A stretch of DNA of 63,154 nucleotides, the filler included, from Octopus bimaculoides (lineage: Eukaryota), in NCBI RefSeq assembly GCF_001194135.2. It is 7 parts of 7 records of this genome, joined end to end, with 100 filler letters (N's around TTAATTAATTAA, not from the genome) between each part and the next. Parts side by side here need not be neighbours in the genome. Positions count along the whole stretch, not along the records: positions 6,388 to 15,277 come from NC_068991.1; positions 15,378 to 37,201 come from NC_068981.1; 5 more parts are not named here. The stretch is one strand, 5' to 3'. Below, piece by piece: positions 12,405 through 23,840 of the stretch. The notes beneath the pieces are model-generated. The model was not told where the DNA came from, searched no databases, and saw only the letters and a program-made list of their open reading frames with translations. The position numbers and the translations under genes are program-made. Numbering within the stretch: the stretch's first letter is position 1; each line of letters starts with the position of its first letter.

Positions 12405-14135
12405 TCATTTAGTTTATTTCAAGATTTCTTGCCAATAGAGAAAGAACCGGTTTCTAGCCTAGATCCAAGACTCCTTCATTGAAATTTCAACATCAACAAC
12501 AGGGTATTTTTGTATGTATGTATGTATGTATGTATGTATGTATGTGCAGATTTGTATGTTTTATGTATGTATTTTCATGCATATAGTTGCATACCTAGGC
12601 ATGCTCATATATATTTAAATGATAAACTTCTGAAAAGTTTTACAGATTTTTACAGTTCCAGTGATAGATTGGATCTGTAGTCTTTGAATTATCTTTCTCC
12701 TTTTTGGTTTTGAGAAGCCTAATTTCTCAAGATGGTTATGTAGGCAGTGCGTTACATATCTCAGGACCCCAATAATTACAGGTATAAACCTGAATTTGTA
12801 ACCTGGATAGAGTAACTGCAAATTTCTCAATAGTTCAACGTAAGTGTTCTCTTTTTAACTGATCCTCAGTTTTACGCTAACATCTGCTGGGCAGCTAATT
12901 TCCACAACTGTGCACAGTTTCTCTTCTCTATCCCAAATCATTATATCAGGTCTATTGTGTTTACATTTTATTGAGGTTTTCACTGGTACATTCCACCAGT
13001 ATTACTTTTTATTATGAGTGGCTATGACTTTTACTATATTGTGGGTTCTTATTTTTTTGTCCTCGGGATTATCCCTCCGACAGTTTTCATTATAATGTCA
13101 TAGCTACATCATGTCTCATCGGTAGATAATACCGTAATGACATTTTCGGACAACTGCTTATGATGTGGGTGATATCTTCAGTGTGAACTCCACAAAGTCT
13201 GCATCGGTTGTCACGTTTTACGGCTTTTCCTGCATCTCTATCCCATTTGTGCATGAAGTACTTGGTCGATATTTCTTCTTCCTGGATTGCAAACGCATAC
13301 CCTCCAAAGTGGGAGGTAGCAATCCGGCTATTGGTCCATGATAAACTGCTTTGATGATCGATGTTACTATCATCATGGAGCTTTCTACTAACATATCCAT
13401 GCATAGTCTTCTGCTCATATAGTCTCATCCCTTCATCTGATGATACATTACGGTAGAGTCGTGCGACTTCTTTGGGCATGAATTCTAGGTTATCTTACAA
13501 AGAGTGTTGCTCAAAGAGCTGCCTTCCAAGTCTTATGATGTTATCAGCCTCATGTATTGAAAACTTGGTCAAGGGACGTACTTCGACACTTGGTGATTAA
13601 AATATGTTGCTGAAGGGATATGATGCGACATTGAAAGGAACTTTGGATCGATGTTAAGCCTCTGCCACCTTGTTATTGTTTAAGGTAGTGGCGTCACTCT
13701 TCATGTGGAAATTACATGTGCTTGTTAGTATTTTTCGGGTTTCACAACAATGACTCGGATCTCATCAAGCGTCCAATCAAGCAGCTCAAATGTTGGTATG
13801 AGTACTGGCACTGCAAATACATTGTGGGCCACGGTTTTATTGGATGCAGAGAGTTCCGAGGTCCAACTTTTCTTTATTCGACTGTAATATCCTTTCGTGA
13901 TTCGTGTTTTGTTACAGGAGCCATTGTAAGATATATTTTCATTCACCCCTAGATACCTGTAACATTCCTCATCAGATACAGGGGAAACAGCGAAATCATT
14001 GATGGAGATGTTACTAGTCTGGTTTATAGTTTTCCCCCCTTTTCATAACCATATAACAACATTTATCCTGACCAAACTCCAACTCTACATCCTTTGAGAA
14101 TGTTGTAACTAGGTGAAGGTTTGCTACGGGCCACA
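12405..14135 (-). mobile_element. 5'-truncated R4/Dong-like RLE non-LTR retrotransposon with 3' UTR
   Basis: RT end (EFGQDKC, LGVNE, NVFAVPVL), AIQEEEISTKY, CCHC knuckle CRLCGVHTEDITHIISSC...RHD, and PD-(D/E)xK endonuclease HNRPDIMIWD..EISCP. The ORF ends at 12615, then a 3' UTR with internal (CATA)n and a terminal (CATA/CGTA)n. Confidence 0.9.
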
Positions 14136-14142
14136 TTATGAT

Positions 14143-14229
14143 TATTATCAAGAAGGCGGCGAGCTGGCAGAATCATTAGCGCGCTGGACGAAATGCGTAG
14201 CGGTATTTCGCCCGTCGCTACGTTCTGAG
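14143..14229 (+). mobile_element. SINE family B head, cut at the B box
   Basis: aaggcggcgagctggcagaatcattagc...cgctacgttctgagt, then the poly-T of the next element. Confidence 0.85.
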
Positions 14230-15022
14230 TTTTTTTTTGTTGGAACTCCTGGAGTATTGCATGCGTAGCGAGCTTGCTATCTGCAGCTTACGGTACCTTG
14301 CTATCCGTTCTTTTCAGCTATCCAATACTTTCCTGATTACTCTAGTGGTACCAAGGAGGCAAACTTTTTGTAACAGTTCTACTGAGCACTCTATTCCGAT
14401 TTCCTTTATATTCCTCTTGATACCTTCTGATACTGTCCCCAAGGACCCAACAACAATTGGCACTGTCTTCACCTTCTTCATTTTCCATAGCCGGGCTATT
14501 TCGTACTTAAGAGGATTGTATTTATCTATTTTTTCGCTTCCCTTCATGACTATTCTTGGGTCAAAGGGGCATGCAACATCAACTATAAAGCACATGTGGT
14601 GCATCTTGTCAATCACTACTAAGTCCGGTCTGTTATGCTTTAGCACCTGATCTGTTTGGATTGGGAAATCTCAGGATTTCGATAGTCTCCAACTCCGTCA
14701 CTCTACGGTTTGTGCTCATACCACGTCTTGCCTCTCGCTAACTCTAATTTTTCGCACAGTTTTCAATGTGGCATATTCGCTACCTGATCATGTCGCCACA
14801 ACTTGTAGTGGTTTGGGGTAAGTTTAGGGCATTCGCTGGTGATATGGGCAATAGTTTCATCCAATCTATTACAGATGCAAGATAGCGGAGACACTTGCTC
14901 ATTCCAAAGGTTGACACTCCAGTTCATCGCCAAAGCTTGGTCTTGCGCTGCCAGTATAGTGCTCTCGGTTTTTTTTAATGTCCTTTCTTCACCCTAGTGA
15001 TCTCAGTCTCTCTTTTTAGCCG
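14230..15022 (-). mobile_element. Second R4-like RLE element (different subfamily) with poly(A) tail
   Basis: ESTILAAQDQAL, ETIAHITSECPKL..RHD and HNRPDLVVIDK...IVDVACPFD...PIVVGSLG...LLQKVCLLGT (ORF 14314-14646). A short 3' UTR and poly(A) follow. Confidence 0.9.
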
Positions 15023-15031
15023 TTATTATTA

Positions 15032-15210
15032 TGGACGAAATGCTTAGCGGTATTTTCCCCGTCGCTACGTCTGAATTTAAATTCAGCCGATGTCGACTTT
15101 ACCTTTCATCCTTTAGGGGTCGATAAAATAAGTACCAGTTGAACACTGGGGTCGATGTAATCGACTCATCCCCTCCTCCAAAGTTGCTGCCCTTGTGGAA
15201 AAATATGAAA
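15032..15210 (+). mobile_element. SINE family B, body and tail, followed by (ATC)n/(ATT)n
   Basis: gtcgactttacctttcatcctttaggggtcgataaaataagtaccag...ctggggtcgatgtaatcgact. Confidence 0.9.
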
Positions 15211-15844
15211 CTATCATCATCATCATTATTATTATTATTATTATCATTATTATTATCATTATTATCATTATTATTAGNNNNNNNNNNNNNNNNNNNNNNN
15301 NNNNNNNNNNNNNNNNNNNNNTTAATTAATTAANNNNNNNNNNNNNNNNNNNNNNNNNNNNNNNNNNNNNNNNNNNNTATATATATGCATACATACATAC
15401 ACACACATAGTGTAATTTCACACGTTGAATAACTTCGATTTACTGAAATTATGTGTACAATTAGATGGCTGAATACCCTTTTACATGTGTTTCTCCAAAA
15501 GCAGCGAGCAAAACGTAACTCCATTAATAGCAGATAGTTCAAAGCTTTTGAAGATAAAGATAATGGATTGGCATGGGAATCTGGTCTTTAAAGACAACTA
15601 GTGAAAGGAACAGACGTTAAATGTCTGAAGGGATTAAATGTCCAGCAGGATTTAAATTCACAAAGACGATGCACTAAACTGGATAATGTCCAGCATCGAT
15701 TGCAATCGCTGTCTTTTGCACCAGCTTATCGTCCTCTTCTTCTGGTACCCAATCTTTGTATCTCGCTTCAACATTACTGCTTTGTAATTAACATTGCTTA
15801 TGCTCTGAAAACATCATCGCTATTATAGCAAATAAAAAATGCAT

Positions 15845-15901
<57 letters not shown>

Positions 15902-16623
15902 ATACTCTCTCTTTCTTCACACGACATTGTTATTCACTCTGGTTATGCCATCTTTCTATTCCTACTAGCCAGCAGGTGATAGTTATGCATGTCAGTATGG
16001 ATAGAATTTTGATGCAACATGTATTTATTCAATATTTCCTGCCGTCTTAATACGCAGGCAACCAATTATATGTTTCTCTTCTTATTCCGATTGATTCTAT
16101 TTTTGAACTATATTTATGTTATGCCAGACAACTTCCAGTCAATGTTCAGTGAAATCAATGCGATGCTGACCAGATACCAATATTTTATTATATGAAAAGA
16201 TATAGGTAGTAAATAAAGACTGATGATAAAGTTGTGTCACGAATGATATGAAATATTATAGCCGTCACATTAAATAACTCAAGAATGAATTCATAACTGT
16301 AATCAATAATTTTTAACCAGCTAAATGTAAAAAAAAAAAGAAAAAATATTTATGTATGCTTTCCTAGTTTTATACCAAGATGATAAATTTAAAAGATTAC
16401 TTCGATATGTTTCTACCAGTACTGTTTACTATACTGTTGTGACATGTCGCTTGGGTGTTATGACGTATTTGCATATATTTAAAAGTTTCCATGATGTTTT
16501 GGTATGCGTGTCACGGTCTTTCTGCTAAAGCTGTTCTTGTAATTGTTGTTTTTAGCACTAGTTGAGCTCTGATCTAATATACACCTGGTTGTCACATCAA
16601 GCAGGCCGATCAATTGTGTAGAG

Positions 16624-18081
16624 CAGAGGTCGGCAACCTACGGCCCGTGGGACGGATCCGGCTCNNNNNNNNNNNNNNNNNNNNNNNNNNNNNNNNNNNN
16701 NNNNNNNNNNNNNNNNNNNNNNNNNNNNNNNNNNNNNNNNNNNNNNNNNNNNNNNNNNNNNNNNNNNNNNNNNNNNNNNNNNNNNNNNNNNNNNNNNNGG
16801 GAGAACTGATGCCCAGTGTGTTGTTTATTTAAAATTTAAATTTATTGTTACACGAGAGACGAGATTTTCGAATACAATAAAAGGCCTGCTGTTACATTCT
16901 TCCACAAATCTTCTGATTCACTCTACCTAATGTCTACCACCAACCGGATGTGAAGGCTTTGACAGCAAAAATACAATTAAAAATTCGTCGCGTTCACATG
17001 CCTCCGCACATCATTTCCGCTCACACAACACAAAAAAATAATAGCAATAATAATAATAATAACAATACAATTCCGAAACATTTCTACCCAATCACCACCA
17101 CTCCCGCGTAAAAAAATAAAACAAAACTGAGAGCCGACATTTTCGAGATCCTGATTGGCTGGCAACTTTGGCATTTATTGTGGATATCGTGACTCATTTA
17201 AATAACTTAAATTTACAATTTCAAGGTAAAACTCAGCTTGTAAACGAAATGTATAACCATATTGTTGCCTTTGAAAAAAAGCTACGGTTATGGGAACATC
17301 AACTTCAAAATAAAAATTATGCGCATTTTCCATAATTTCTAGGAAGGAAACCACAAGATTCAGAGGTATTTGTGAATATAATTCAGGATTTGAGAAATGA
17401 ATTTGCATCACGTTTTGTTGACATTCGTTTGCATGCAAATCTGTTTAAATTGTTTGCTACACCATTTGATCTGGAGGTGGAGACAGTATCAGAATGTTTC
17501 CAAATGGAATTGATTGATACGAAGTGTGGCAATTTATTGAAATCTAAATTTCATTCTAAAGATGTTTCATTGATTGACTTCTATGCTAAATATATTTTTC
17601 CAAGTGGGAAGTATCCCAACTTAGTGAATCATGTAAAAAAAGATGGCATCTTTGTTTGGAAGCATTTATCAGTGTGAACAATTATTTCCTAAACTGAAGC
17701 AAACTAAGAACAACTTGAGAACAAGATTAACTGATAATCATCTTGATAATATCTTGCTCTTGGCATCAACATGTTTGAAGCCTAAAATTAAGAAGCTTTC
17801 AAGGAACAAAAAAAAATCGAGTTTACCATTAATTTTTTGGCTGCTATGTATTTTCAAGATTCTTTAAACAAATAATCCCACCGATGTCTTAAATTGAATA
17901 AATGAGGTTTTTCCATAACTACATTCATCTGTTGTTAATACAAATTATTTTTAAGTATAGTTAATACTCGTGATCAAATTTTAGCTTGTGTAATCTTCCG
18001 TAATTATTTTTTATGGCCTTCGTCCAGCTCGCTATTAATACTCGATCCTGCCCGTGGAGGCAAAGAAGTTGCCGACCTCTG
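16624..18081 (+). mobile_element. Internally deleted hAT transposon, Buster/Charlie/SPIN (GTF2IRD2-like) type
   Basis: Perfect 14-bp TIR CAGAGGTCGGCAAC and perfect 8-bp TSD GTGTAGAG (central TA). Transposase remnant at about 17130-17830: DWLATLAFIVDIVTHLNNLNLQFQGK, FQMELID, SLFGSIYQCEQLF, RTRLTDNHL. Confidence 0.93.
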
Positions 18082-19660
18082 GTGTAGAGCATCTGTTAGT
18101 TGATATTTAGTCGGACAGATGTTCAATAAAAGGCGTTTCCTTTTTAAGACACAGCGGTGTATGTGATTTGCTGTAAAGTAAAAAGAAAATGTTGCTCTTA
18201 AGAAGCCTAGAGTTTGCGGATCCATTGTGTACCGGTAATACGGTAAAATGAAGTGTTGTTCGCGGAGCGGATTGGTAAGAGACTGATGTTTAGTTTGTGA
18301 ATAGTATGTATGTATGTATGTATGTATGTATGTATGTATGTATGTATGTATGTCTGTATGTACGTTTGTATGTATGTGTGTGTGTGTGTGTGTGTATGTA
18401 TAAATATATGTATGTGCGTATGTATGAATGTATGTATGTATGTCTGTACGTATGTACTTATATATGTATATGTGTACATACATATACACACATAAGCACA
18501 CACACATACAAGCACAAATACACACACACAAGCACACACACACAAACACAAACACACACACACACACACACACNNNNNNNNNNNNNNNNNNNNNNNNNNN
18601 NNNNNNNNNNNNNNNNNNNNNNNNNNNNNNNNNNNNNNNNNNNNNNNNNNNNNNNNNNNNNNNNNNNNNNNNNNNNNNNNNNNNNNNNNNNNNNNNNNNN
18701 NNNNNNNNNNNNNNNNNNNNNNNNNNNNNNNNNNNNNNNNNNNNNNNNNNNNNNNNNNNNNNNNNNNNNNNNNNNNNNNNNNNNNNNNNNNNNNNNNNNN
18801 NNNNNNNNNNNNNNNNNNNNNNNNNNNNNNNNNNNNNNNNNNNNNNNNNNNNNNNNNNNNNNNNNNNNNNNNNNNNNNNNNNNNNNNNNNNNNNNNNNNN
18901 NNNNNNNNNNCACACACACACACACGCACACACACACAAAAGAATTTAGTCACAAGCAGTATAAGAATACTTAAAATGATTGCCATTTTGTAATGGAAAC
19001 CTTTCAACAGTTAATTATCGGCGGGGAAAGCCACTATAAACATGATTCCGGTTACAAGAAAGTCCAAGAACTTATAGTATATATTTAGTATGTAACTAGG
19101 CCATAAAATTGAAGTTCTTAGTCAAGTTGTTCAAACAGTTTCCAGCGCAAGCCGTGTTCTTTAGTTCTTCCCTTCGTTTCACAATTATGGTTCTGGTTAA
19201 GATTGCCGCACAAACGTATAATTATATTAAAAAAACAAACAAAAAAATGAACAAAAATGCAATACAAACAAAAAACGCAGGAGAATTTATAGCAGAAAAT
19301 ATGCTGTATTAGATAGACAGTATTAAATTTCTGCTGGAAACGATGGTTTGCTACAAAGTATATGAAATAGAGAACTACTATAAAGGATGTTTACGACAAA
19401 CGAATTATCGTGAGCATTGTCGAAAAGAAAGAAAATGAAGAATAAAGAGATGATAATAATGATATATAGATAGAGAGTAAGAGAGAGGGAAGGAGAAAAG
19501 TAGAGGGAGAAAGAGGCTTTTTATGCGATATACCTGTATGATACTTGAAAAGATCAATCTATGAATAAAGCACTCTACCATGGGAAAACGAGATCATATT
19601 ATCGGAAGAAATGGTGGTGGCACAACATACTCAGACACGCGCGCACACACGCGTGCACAC

Positions 19661-19726
19661 ACGCACGAACGCACACACGCACGAACGCACACACGCACGA
19701 ACGCACACACGCACGAACGCACACAC
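19661..19726. repeat. 16-bp minisatellite (ACGCACGAACGCACAC) x4
   Basis: Directly visible within a CA-rich tract. Confidence 0.85.
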
Positions 19727-20150
19727 TCATATACAAACACATGCACGTACGCACTCGCACGTGCACACTCACACACACACACACACACACAGACTAGTTC
19801 ATCTTTCTGTAAACTTGTGTCACGAAATAAGAAATTATCGTGAAAACAGGAATATTTTGATTGTTTGCTTGTTTGTTTGCTTGTGTGTGTGTATATGTGA
19901 GTGTGTGGGTGGCTGGGTAGGTGTAGGTGTGTTGTATGTGGGTGTGCAAATGTATTTGCGTGTGTTTATGTAGACGTATCTTTAAAATGTGCATGTACAT
20001 GCGTGCGTGGGTGTACTGCTTCCGTGTGTATGTGTCTGTGAGAGAGATAGAGATAGGTAGATAGACAGACAGACAGATAGGTAGATAGACAGATAAATAG
20101 ATAGAGAGATAGATAGATAGAAAGATAGATAGAGAGAGAGATAGATAGAG

Positions 20151-20211
<61 letters not shown>

Positions 20212-20429
20212 TTTCGTTAATTCTTGCTTTCAAAGTAAATCTGCTCAAACATATTTTTCTCTTGCAGAATATTTCGAAATTCCAAACGAACAGTCTTTGT
20301 GACACGACAACTCAGCAAAGAGTTGTCGCTCAGCCTGTTAGAAACAAGAGCCAGATATCATTCAAATCGTATCCTACCGTCTAGTGTATTTCAAAATCCT
20401 TTAGGTTATATTCTTAATATTTAATAGAC

Positions 20430-20520
20430 TCAATGGTCACGGTTGGAATGCTTTGATCATGGGTTTGCTCTATCAGAGATGATCTGAGCCATACAACATT
20501 AGCAGCACCAAAATCCAACA
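20430..20520 (+). mobile_element. Short dispersed retroposon tail ending in CAA-like repeats (related copies about 24537-24615 and 41884-41952, minus)
   Basis: Shared segment atggtcacggttggaatgctttgatcat..., seen as reverse complement in the two other places. Confidence 0.5.
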
Positions 20521-20885
20521 CCAGCCGCCGCCGCCGCTGCCGCCGCTGCCGCCGCCGCTGCCGCCGCCNNNNNNNNNNNNNNNNNNNNNNNNNNNNNNNN
20601 NNNNNNNNNNNNNNNNNNNNNNNNNNNNNNNNNNNNNNNNNNNNNNNNNNNNNNNNNNNNNNNNNNNNNNNNNNNNNNNNNNNNNNNNNNNNNNNNNNNN
20701 NNNNNNNNNNNNNNNNNNNNNNNNNNNNNNNNNNNNNNNNNNNNNNNNNNNNNNNNNNNNNNNNNNNNNNNNNNNNNNNNNNNNNNNNNNNNNATAAATA
20801 GGTCATAAGCATTTCCATTTATCTTTTGACTATGACGTAAAACACACACACACAGACACACACACGCGCGCGCGCACACACACAC

Positions 20886-20935
<50 letters not shown>

Positions 20936-20939
<4 letters not shown>

Positions 20940-21082
20940 CGGGCTTCTTTCAGTTTCCTCTAACCAAATCCACTCACAAGGCTTTGATCGGCCCGGAGCT
21001 CTAGTAAAAGACACTCAAGGCAGTGGGGTTTGAACTCAGACCCACGTGTTTGGGAAGCAAGCTTCCTACCACGCAGTCACGT
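20936..21082 (-). mobile_element. SINE family A head
   Basis: acgacgggcttcttttcagtttcc...cacaaggctttg...gtttgaactcag. Confidence 0.8.
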
Positions 21083-21850
21083 CGATTAGGGGGAAAGATT
21101 AAAGAGCAACGCGTTTATATATTTTTTGGTGCCCCAGTATGGCCTCAGTCGAATAACTGAAATAAGTAAAAGATTATATCGCAGTTTGTTAAAATAGCGT
21201 CATCATGTCTCATAATAAATTTCCAACAGACTAACCACTTGTTCACAGTGTTTCAGAGGAAATCACTCGTTTTTCGGTTCCTTTAAACCGAGGCTATGAC
21301 AAACGGAAGATTGAGTTCCGAAACATCAACACGACAACCTATCGAAACTGGCCAACAGCTAATTAACTATGCAACAATGTAGAATGACTATTCAAAGATG
21401 TATAGCAAAACATATTTAAACATAGGCTGATCCACACTATTCCATCAAATTTCGTACTAGACAGCAGCTCGAGTAGCGGATTTTCGGAGCAAAATGAAAC
21501 TTAAGTTAAAAAAAAGAGAAAAGTAAAAGAATAAAGTTTTTGTTCTGCATTATCGATACCGCTACTACTTAGATAAGCATAAAGCTATCTCATGCTTATT
21601 TAGTTTCATTATTACAAATTTCTGGTTCTGTGGCACAAGTTTACTGTACTGACAAAAAAGAAAAAAAAGAAAAAAAAAATGCTGAAAGAGCCAAGAAAAA
21701 TAAATCTGTTTACATCTTTAAAATATCATATAAACACTATGGACAAAAGGAAATTATTTATTTACATTGCCCGTTATCCTAAGTCTCTCAAAATATATTT
21801 GTTTTTACATCGAAGTTGAGTAATATCTGTGAAGTTGAATATCTAGGAAA

Positions 21851-22104
21851 GGCGCGTGGCATAGTGTTTAGGGTGTTATACTCATGATAGCAAGGTAAAG
21901 TTTTTAGGGTTAGTTACGGAGCAGGTAGTGCGTTGTTCTCTCGAGCATGACACTTCACTTCACGCTGCTCCCGTCTACTCAGCTGTAAATGACTAATCCT
22001 GCGACGGACTGGCGTCTCGTTCAGAGGGTTTGTTGCAATCTCGATCCCTTATATGCCATGAAAACTAGGTAAACGCCCCAATGAGTCTTAGGACTTCGAG
22101 GCAG
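21851..22104 (+). mobile_element. tRNA-derived SINE family D with CORE-like and V-domain-like segments
   Basis: GGCGCGTGGCATAGTG A-box-like head, then ctcgagcatgacacttcac...cactcagctgtaaatga and cctgcgacggactggcgtctcgttcag. A partial second copy lies at 44345-44427 (minus). Domain names are assigned from memory of the consensus motifs. Confidence 0.65.
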
Positions 22105-22149
22105 TAATGTCCAGGAGCACTTATTTACTACTACATCTGAAGTATCTGG

Positions 22150-22950
22150 GTCATCCTACAAGACATCTAGGTCTTTATCTGTGATGCTTGGAACTGAGGA
22201 GGCGCTTGAATAAATCATTCTGGATGCTGCCTCGGCGTTGTTCAACATTCCTGATGGTAATTTCCCGAAAAATATCTTGTGGTGTTACTTCAAATATTTA
22301 GTAATTTCGTTCATAAGTGCATCAGTTATCATATGCACAAACACTCATCATTCGTTGCTTAGACATAAGATTACTTTGCTCGAGCTCTGCAATTAAGATG
22401 ATTGCCAACTGAATAAACTTGTCAACTGAAAAAGATTTCCTCATTATCAGTTTAATCATCCATATGTCAACAGTTCTTTTGTTCATCATTGCCCTACAAT
22501 ATTTACTATATTTACAGTTTGCTTTTTGTTTGTCATTTGTTTGGCAGCTGGCGCATCTGTTACAGCGTTCGTTTCTGCTTGCAGAACCTTTTCTCTTCAA
22601 AGTTATTATTACTTCCAGCACTTCAGGGTTGCTACCAGACAAATCAGTTATGTAATTAATTAATTTTTACACGTTTCTGTTCTCTTTCGTCATAAATCTC
22701 AAAATTCTAAGTAGACTAAATAAATTTACGAATTCGTCCATGAAATCTGACGGAGCAATAGCTTAATCGGCACTTTCCTTCTCACCATACAGACGATTTT
22801 GACAATATCCTTTATTCTTCTGTGCGAGAAGGGAATAACGAGATGTATTGGTACCTTTTAAAGTTTCACAGCGAAGTCTAAAAATTTCTCCATTAAATAC
22901 TTTAAATTCATCTTAGGTTTTCTAATACACGCTGTATTGTACATATTTAT
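22150..22950 (-). mobile_element. Highly decayed retroviral-type integrase remnant (Gypsy/Ginger-like)
   Basis: Frameshifted minus-strand pieces: CNRCASCQ (CxxC) and YHQ/GNVEQRRGSIQNDLFK, resembling YHPQSNGxVERxNGTIK. Weak similarity only. Confidence 0.35.
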
Positions 22951-23226
22951 TTATTATTTAATCCCAGCGTTCATGAGGGCACAGTATGAAAATTACTCGT
23001 CATTACAGCTAAGTTCTGGTTTGTGTTTGATTTAAAGAACGATTTGTTATGAATTTCCTTTGTAGGTTTGCTGTAGAAAGTACAAGTATTTGTGACTGTG
23101 TGAGTCTCAAGGAAGTGTCTGTAACAGAATAAATACCTCATGGGACGTTGTTTTATAAAATAGTGATTTTTCGGTTTTCTCACCTATCTTTATATCCTAC
23201 ACTGACACACACACACGCACACGCAC

Positions 23227-23272
<46 letters not shown>

Positions 23273-23288
23273 CACACATATACATACA

Positions 23289-23840
23289 CTGGTTGTGTGG
23301 TAAGTAGCTTGCTTACGAACCACATGGTTCCGGGTTCAGTCCCACTGCGTAGCACCTTGGGCAAGCGTCTTCTACTATAGCCTCGGGCCGATCAAAGNNN
23401 NNNNNNNNNNNNNNNNNNNNNNNNNNNNNNNNNNNNNNNNNNNNNNNNNNNNNNNNNNNNNNNNNNNNNNNNNNNNNNNNNNNNNNNNNNNNNNNNNNNN
23501 NNNNNNNNNNNNNNNNNNNNNNNNNNNNNNNNNNNNNNNNNNNNNNNNNNNNNNNNNNNNNNNNNNNNNNNNNNNNNNNNNNNNNNNNNNNNNNNNNNNN
23601 NNNNATATATATGTATTATGTATGTTTGTGTGTCTGTGTTTGTCCCCCCAACATCGCTTGGCAACCGATGCTGGTGTGTTTACGTCCCCGTAAGCTAGCG
23701 GTTCGGCAAAAGAGACCGATAGAATAAGTACTAGGCTTACAAAGAATAAGTTCTGGGGTCGATTTGCTCGACTATAGGTGGTGCTCCAGCGTGGCCACAG
23801 TCAAATGACTAAAACAAATAAAAGAGAGTAAAAGAGAGAT
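23289..23840 (+). mobile_element. SINE family A with a gap at its internal microsatellite
   Basis: Head, gap, then 3' half and GAGTAAAAGAG tail. Confidence 0.9.
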
